From contig NC_134034.1 of the NCBI RefSeq assembly GCF_964204645.1, positions 1,240,001-1,304,000 on the forward strand: DNA of 64,000 bases, in the 5' to 3' direction. This document shows, one piece after another, positions 60,476-64,000 of this stretch. Within the stretch, counting starts at the first letter, position 1. Every line of letters begins with the position of its first letter. The position numbers and the translations under genes were made by a program. The notes under the pieces were generated by a model. That model was given only the letters and a program-made list of their open reading frames with translations, searched no databases and was not told the DNA's origin. The DNA is from Tubulanus polymorphus (taxonomy: Eukaryota > Animalia > Nemertea).

Positions 60476-63400
60476 ATGAATTACGTCGCCTTTCTGCTAG
60501 TGATACTACTAACGTGTCCTCTTTATACGGAATCAGCTTTGAAATTAGTCCATGTCGTAAGTTGAAAAATCGCGTCGCTTTTTAGATTTTGGAGAATTTT
60601 TTTCGCAAAATTTGAAATCTGAATTCGCGTTTTATCGCAGGTATGGCGCCATGGCGACCGCGCCCCGATGGAAGCTTACCCTAACGACCCGAACCCATCG
60701 GTGGATATTTGGCCAAAAGGCTGGCAACAATTAACGAAGGTAGGAATTCATTTTAACTGGACCAAAATGAGCTTAGCCCGGTCTTATCTGTGGAACTGAA
60801 CTAAAGATCAGCAAAGCCGGGTCTCAGGCTAAAAAAAATTGATACCTTCTTTCTCCGCTCTGCTGAGCTTAAATTTTGACCCGGCTGGCCGCCTATCTAC
60901 CCTATAGGCCTACATTACTTTTTATAAAATCGTGATCAATTTTACCATAACGGACCCGGCCGCTATAGAAATGAACTGTTTACAAATTTTATCATATTTT
61001 TCAAAAATGACCCGGCCGCTGCAGAGAAACAAGGTATCATTTTTGTTTAGCCTTATTTTAAGTTTTAACTGGAAATGGACTGAAATAAGCTAAGCCTGGT
61101 CTTATTTTAAGTCACAACTGTAGAACAGCACCAAAATGAGCTTAGCCTGGTCTTATCTTTAGTCTCAACTATGGAACTGCGCCAATAAGTAGTGTTGTTT
61201 ATATTTTCTAGGTCGGGATGAATCAGATGTATGATGTTGGAGCTTTTCTTCGAACGCGGTTCAACAAAAACCAGTTCCTACCTCAGAGATATAGTAACAC
61301 GGATGTACGTTGAGTTCGGTTTAAACCTGGACTCGGTTTAACAGCGCTGAGTTAAAACTACTGTCCTACTCTCCTAAACATTTGGAGCGCGTCGCTTCCA
61401 AACTATAGCCTCCTCATCTTCGTGGAACTTTTTGGGTTCAGAGATTTGGAAAATTGATGATCTGAACTCTTACAGTCCAAAGCATGTGCTTTTCTGTAAA
61501 GCAGATGAAAATGCAGTTTCACTAACCTCAAAACGCTGGTGAACATTTTTCAAATGAATCAGGCGCTATACAAATATTCAGATTATTATTATCATTAATA
61601 TCATTATTATCAAATAAGCTCATTTTTTTTTTACCGATCTATCTTTGATATTACAGATGAGATTAACGAGCTCGGAATCGGAGCGTGCGTTTCAGAGCGC
61701 TCTAGCCGTACTCGCCGGTTTATATCCTCCCACGCCGCCGGAAATCTGGAAACCCGATCTGCCATGGCAACCGATTCCGATGCGAACAAACAGAAAGGTG
61801 AGCTAATAAGTTTTTCATTCGGATATCCTTAGAATAACGAAGATGCGCTTTCAAATTCCGGAATAATGTGCCAAATCAAATTTCAACTCCCAATTGCGAG
61901 GTTGACAAGTATATCTGCAAAAAATCATTCCTGAAAATTGCTTAGCCGTTTCAGTGCATCTACACTGCAGTGCGGTGTATAAATCGGTTATAGCTTTACT
62001 AGTACATCGCATTATGGTGTATTGATATAATTAGGGAGTCATTCATTTATTAGGTACCCATTAGAGGGGAGGGGAAAGTGGAATTGTGTACTGTAATGCA
62101 TTAATATGAAAAATTCAATGGCAACACACCTGCCAAATACAGTTAGATATTAGTAACTAACAATACACCGCACCGCGGTGTAGATGTACTATAGTCGTAT
62201 ACCAATTCAGCACGCTTGGATGGGATTTTCAAATTATCTCCGCAATTTCGAGTGTGAATTACTCAGCACTAAAAGGGTTAAGAAAAATGTATTTTATTTG
62301 TGTAGAATTTAATGTTACAAATGAACTTTTCGAATTTCTCAGATGCTTCAATGGAGAAGTTGTCCTAAAGTTGACGATCAGGAACGAGAGAAATTCAACG
62401 ATTTACAAGAGAAATTATTCGCCGACAACGAAGACCTGTATCGAATGATGATCGATAATGCTGGCTACAAGGGTAACTGGAAAACAGGGTCGTATCTGTG
62501 GAGGGTGTTTGAAAATACGGTCATCGCGGTGAGTAGTATTCTTTCAGAAGGCACAAATTTTTGGGAGTCGGAATATTTCGGGAGTCGGAATATTTTGAGA
62601 AACGTTTCCAAACTTCGATTTTTAGAAACTGCACGGATTAAAAGTGCCGAGTTGGATCACTGACGACGTGTTCAACCGAATGGAACGAGTCATGGTTCAA
62701 CAATCGATCGCTAAGCTCCACGACGACAACCTCGTTAAAGCACGAACCGGTAATGAGCAGACTACGCGATACGAGCAGACTAGGCGATACGAGCAGACGG
62801 ATCCGCCGCGTTGACCTTGACATTGCAATTTATGAAATTAATGCAAAACTATGAATGAATTTTGTTCTGTTTGTTTTTGTAGGTGATTTACTGAAGGATA
62901 TTGTGAGTCATATCAACACAATGAAACAGAACAAAACACAACCAAAAGCCTACCTTTATTCATCGGTAAGAGATACAACTTTTACTTCTCCATAAATCAT
63001 CCTATGACATCATCTAATTGTCTACTAGTGATTTGATCTATAGAAACTACCACATAAGATGTCTGCCTCCATATATCCCCCTATGACATCATCAAATTGT
63101 CTATTAGTGATTTGATCTATAGAAACTACCACATAAGATGTCTGCCTCCATAAATCCCCCTATGACATCATCAAATTGTCTACTAGTAATTTGATCTATA
63201 GACACTTCTAGAAAAGATGTCTGCCTCCATAAATCCCCCTATGACATCATCAAATTACCTACTAGTGATTTGATCTATAAACCCTTCTAGAAAATATGTC
63301 TGCTTCCAGAAATCCCTTTATGACATCATCAAATTATCTACAAGCGATTTAGTGTATAAACCATTCCTGAAAGTCAAAATCAAAAGTTCTATTTCCGGAT

Positions 63401-63669
63401 AGGACCGCGGAACCGGACTCGCTGATTATATTTGCTGTATCTCTCTATTTTGCAGCATGATTATTTGATAATCGCGTTCATGTACGCGTTGGGTGTTTAC
63501 AACGAGAAACCGATTCCGTACGCGGCGACCGTTATATTAGAAATACATTCAAACACGACGACCTCGACTAATCCGTCTGCTGCTGCTGCTAATAGCAACA
63601 ACGATTATATAGAGATTTACTATCGTAATCAAACGGATCAATCAAAACCGATACATCTACCCATCAAAG
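60476..63669 (+). CDS. Histidine acid phosphatase (lysosomal/prostatic ACP2/ACP3-like), 3' end outside the window
   Basis: Exons 60476-60556, 60641-60739, 61212-61304, 61657-61797, 62343-62528, 62626-62749, 62883-62965, 63456-63669. Signal peptide, RHGDRAP nucleophile motif, LAGLYPP, WQPIP, YSS|HD proton donor, PYAATVILE. Confidence 0.92.
61946..62277. mobile_element. piggyBac-type MITE copy with an internal insertion
   Basis: ttag-ccgtttcagtgc ... gcactaaaaggg-ttaa; internal match to 24568-24826. Confidence 0.75.
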
Positions 63670-64000
63670 GTACGCGATACTATACATGTCTGCCTACATG
63701 AATCACCCTATGACATCATTAAATTGTCTGTTACTGATTTGGTCGATAGACATTTCTAGAAAAGATGTCTGCCTCTATGAATCCCCCTATGACATCATCA
63801 CATTATTCTGGTTTGTTCTACATACCTTTCTAGAAAAGATGTCCGCCTCTATAAATCCTCCTATGACATAATTAAATTGTCTACTAGTAATTTGATCTAT
63901 AGACACATTTATAAAAGATGTTTGCCTTTATAAATCACCCTATGACATCATAGAATTGTCTATTAGTGTTTTCTTGAAAACATGTCTGTTTCTATGGATC
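62985..64000. repeat. ~79-bp satellite arrays (62985-63350 and 63685-64000) flanking the phosphatase HD exon
   Basis: Tandem units with an exact 79-bp period at 63152/63231. Confidence 0.92.

Overview
Eukaryotic (metazoan, probably a marine invertebrate/lophotrochozoan - inference from gene content only) gene-dense 64-kb window with spliceosomal introns packed with MITEs and satellites. I assembled exon models by hand from the ORF track plus GT/GC-AG sites and checked that the frames close. In order: 3' part of UBR3 (+, 137-8890); a 183-aa EF-hand gene (-); ADA2/CECR1 copy 1 (-, 529 aa); complete SCAP (+, 23 coding exons, 1383 aa, one GC-AG intron); a Toll-like receptor (+, 852 aa); ADA2 copy 2 (+, 525 aa); a ZCWPW-like CW+PWWP gene that also carries an ARID domain (-, 614 aa); and the 5' part of a histidine acid phosphatase (+). 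Best candidate for an undescribed system: inside SCAP's 8.4-kb intron, on the opposite strand, lie three MS4A/CD20-like four-transmembrane exons. Each is preceded by a splice acceptor and followed by its own AATAAA, but only two 13-nt start exons (MLNQ) are present. Their cytoplasmic/TM scaffold is near-identical while the predicted extracellular loops are swapped, which suggests a variable-receptor cassette made by alternative last exons. Second, the two ADA2 genes form the arms of a large inverted duplication (~10.9-21.55 kb vs ~49.46-54.58 kb) that brackets SCAP and the TLR. The arms show patchy identity, shared ADA2 pseudo-exon relics, and an EF-hand gene present in only one arm, at a junction marked by a perfect 20-bp hairpin. 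No database searches were run; family names rest on recognised motifs.
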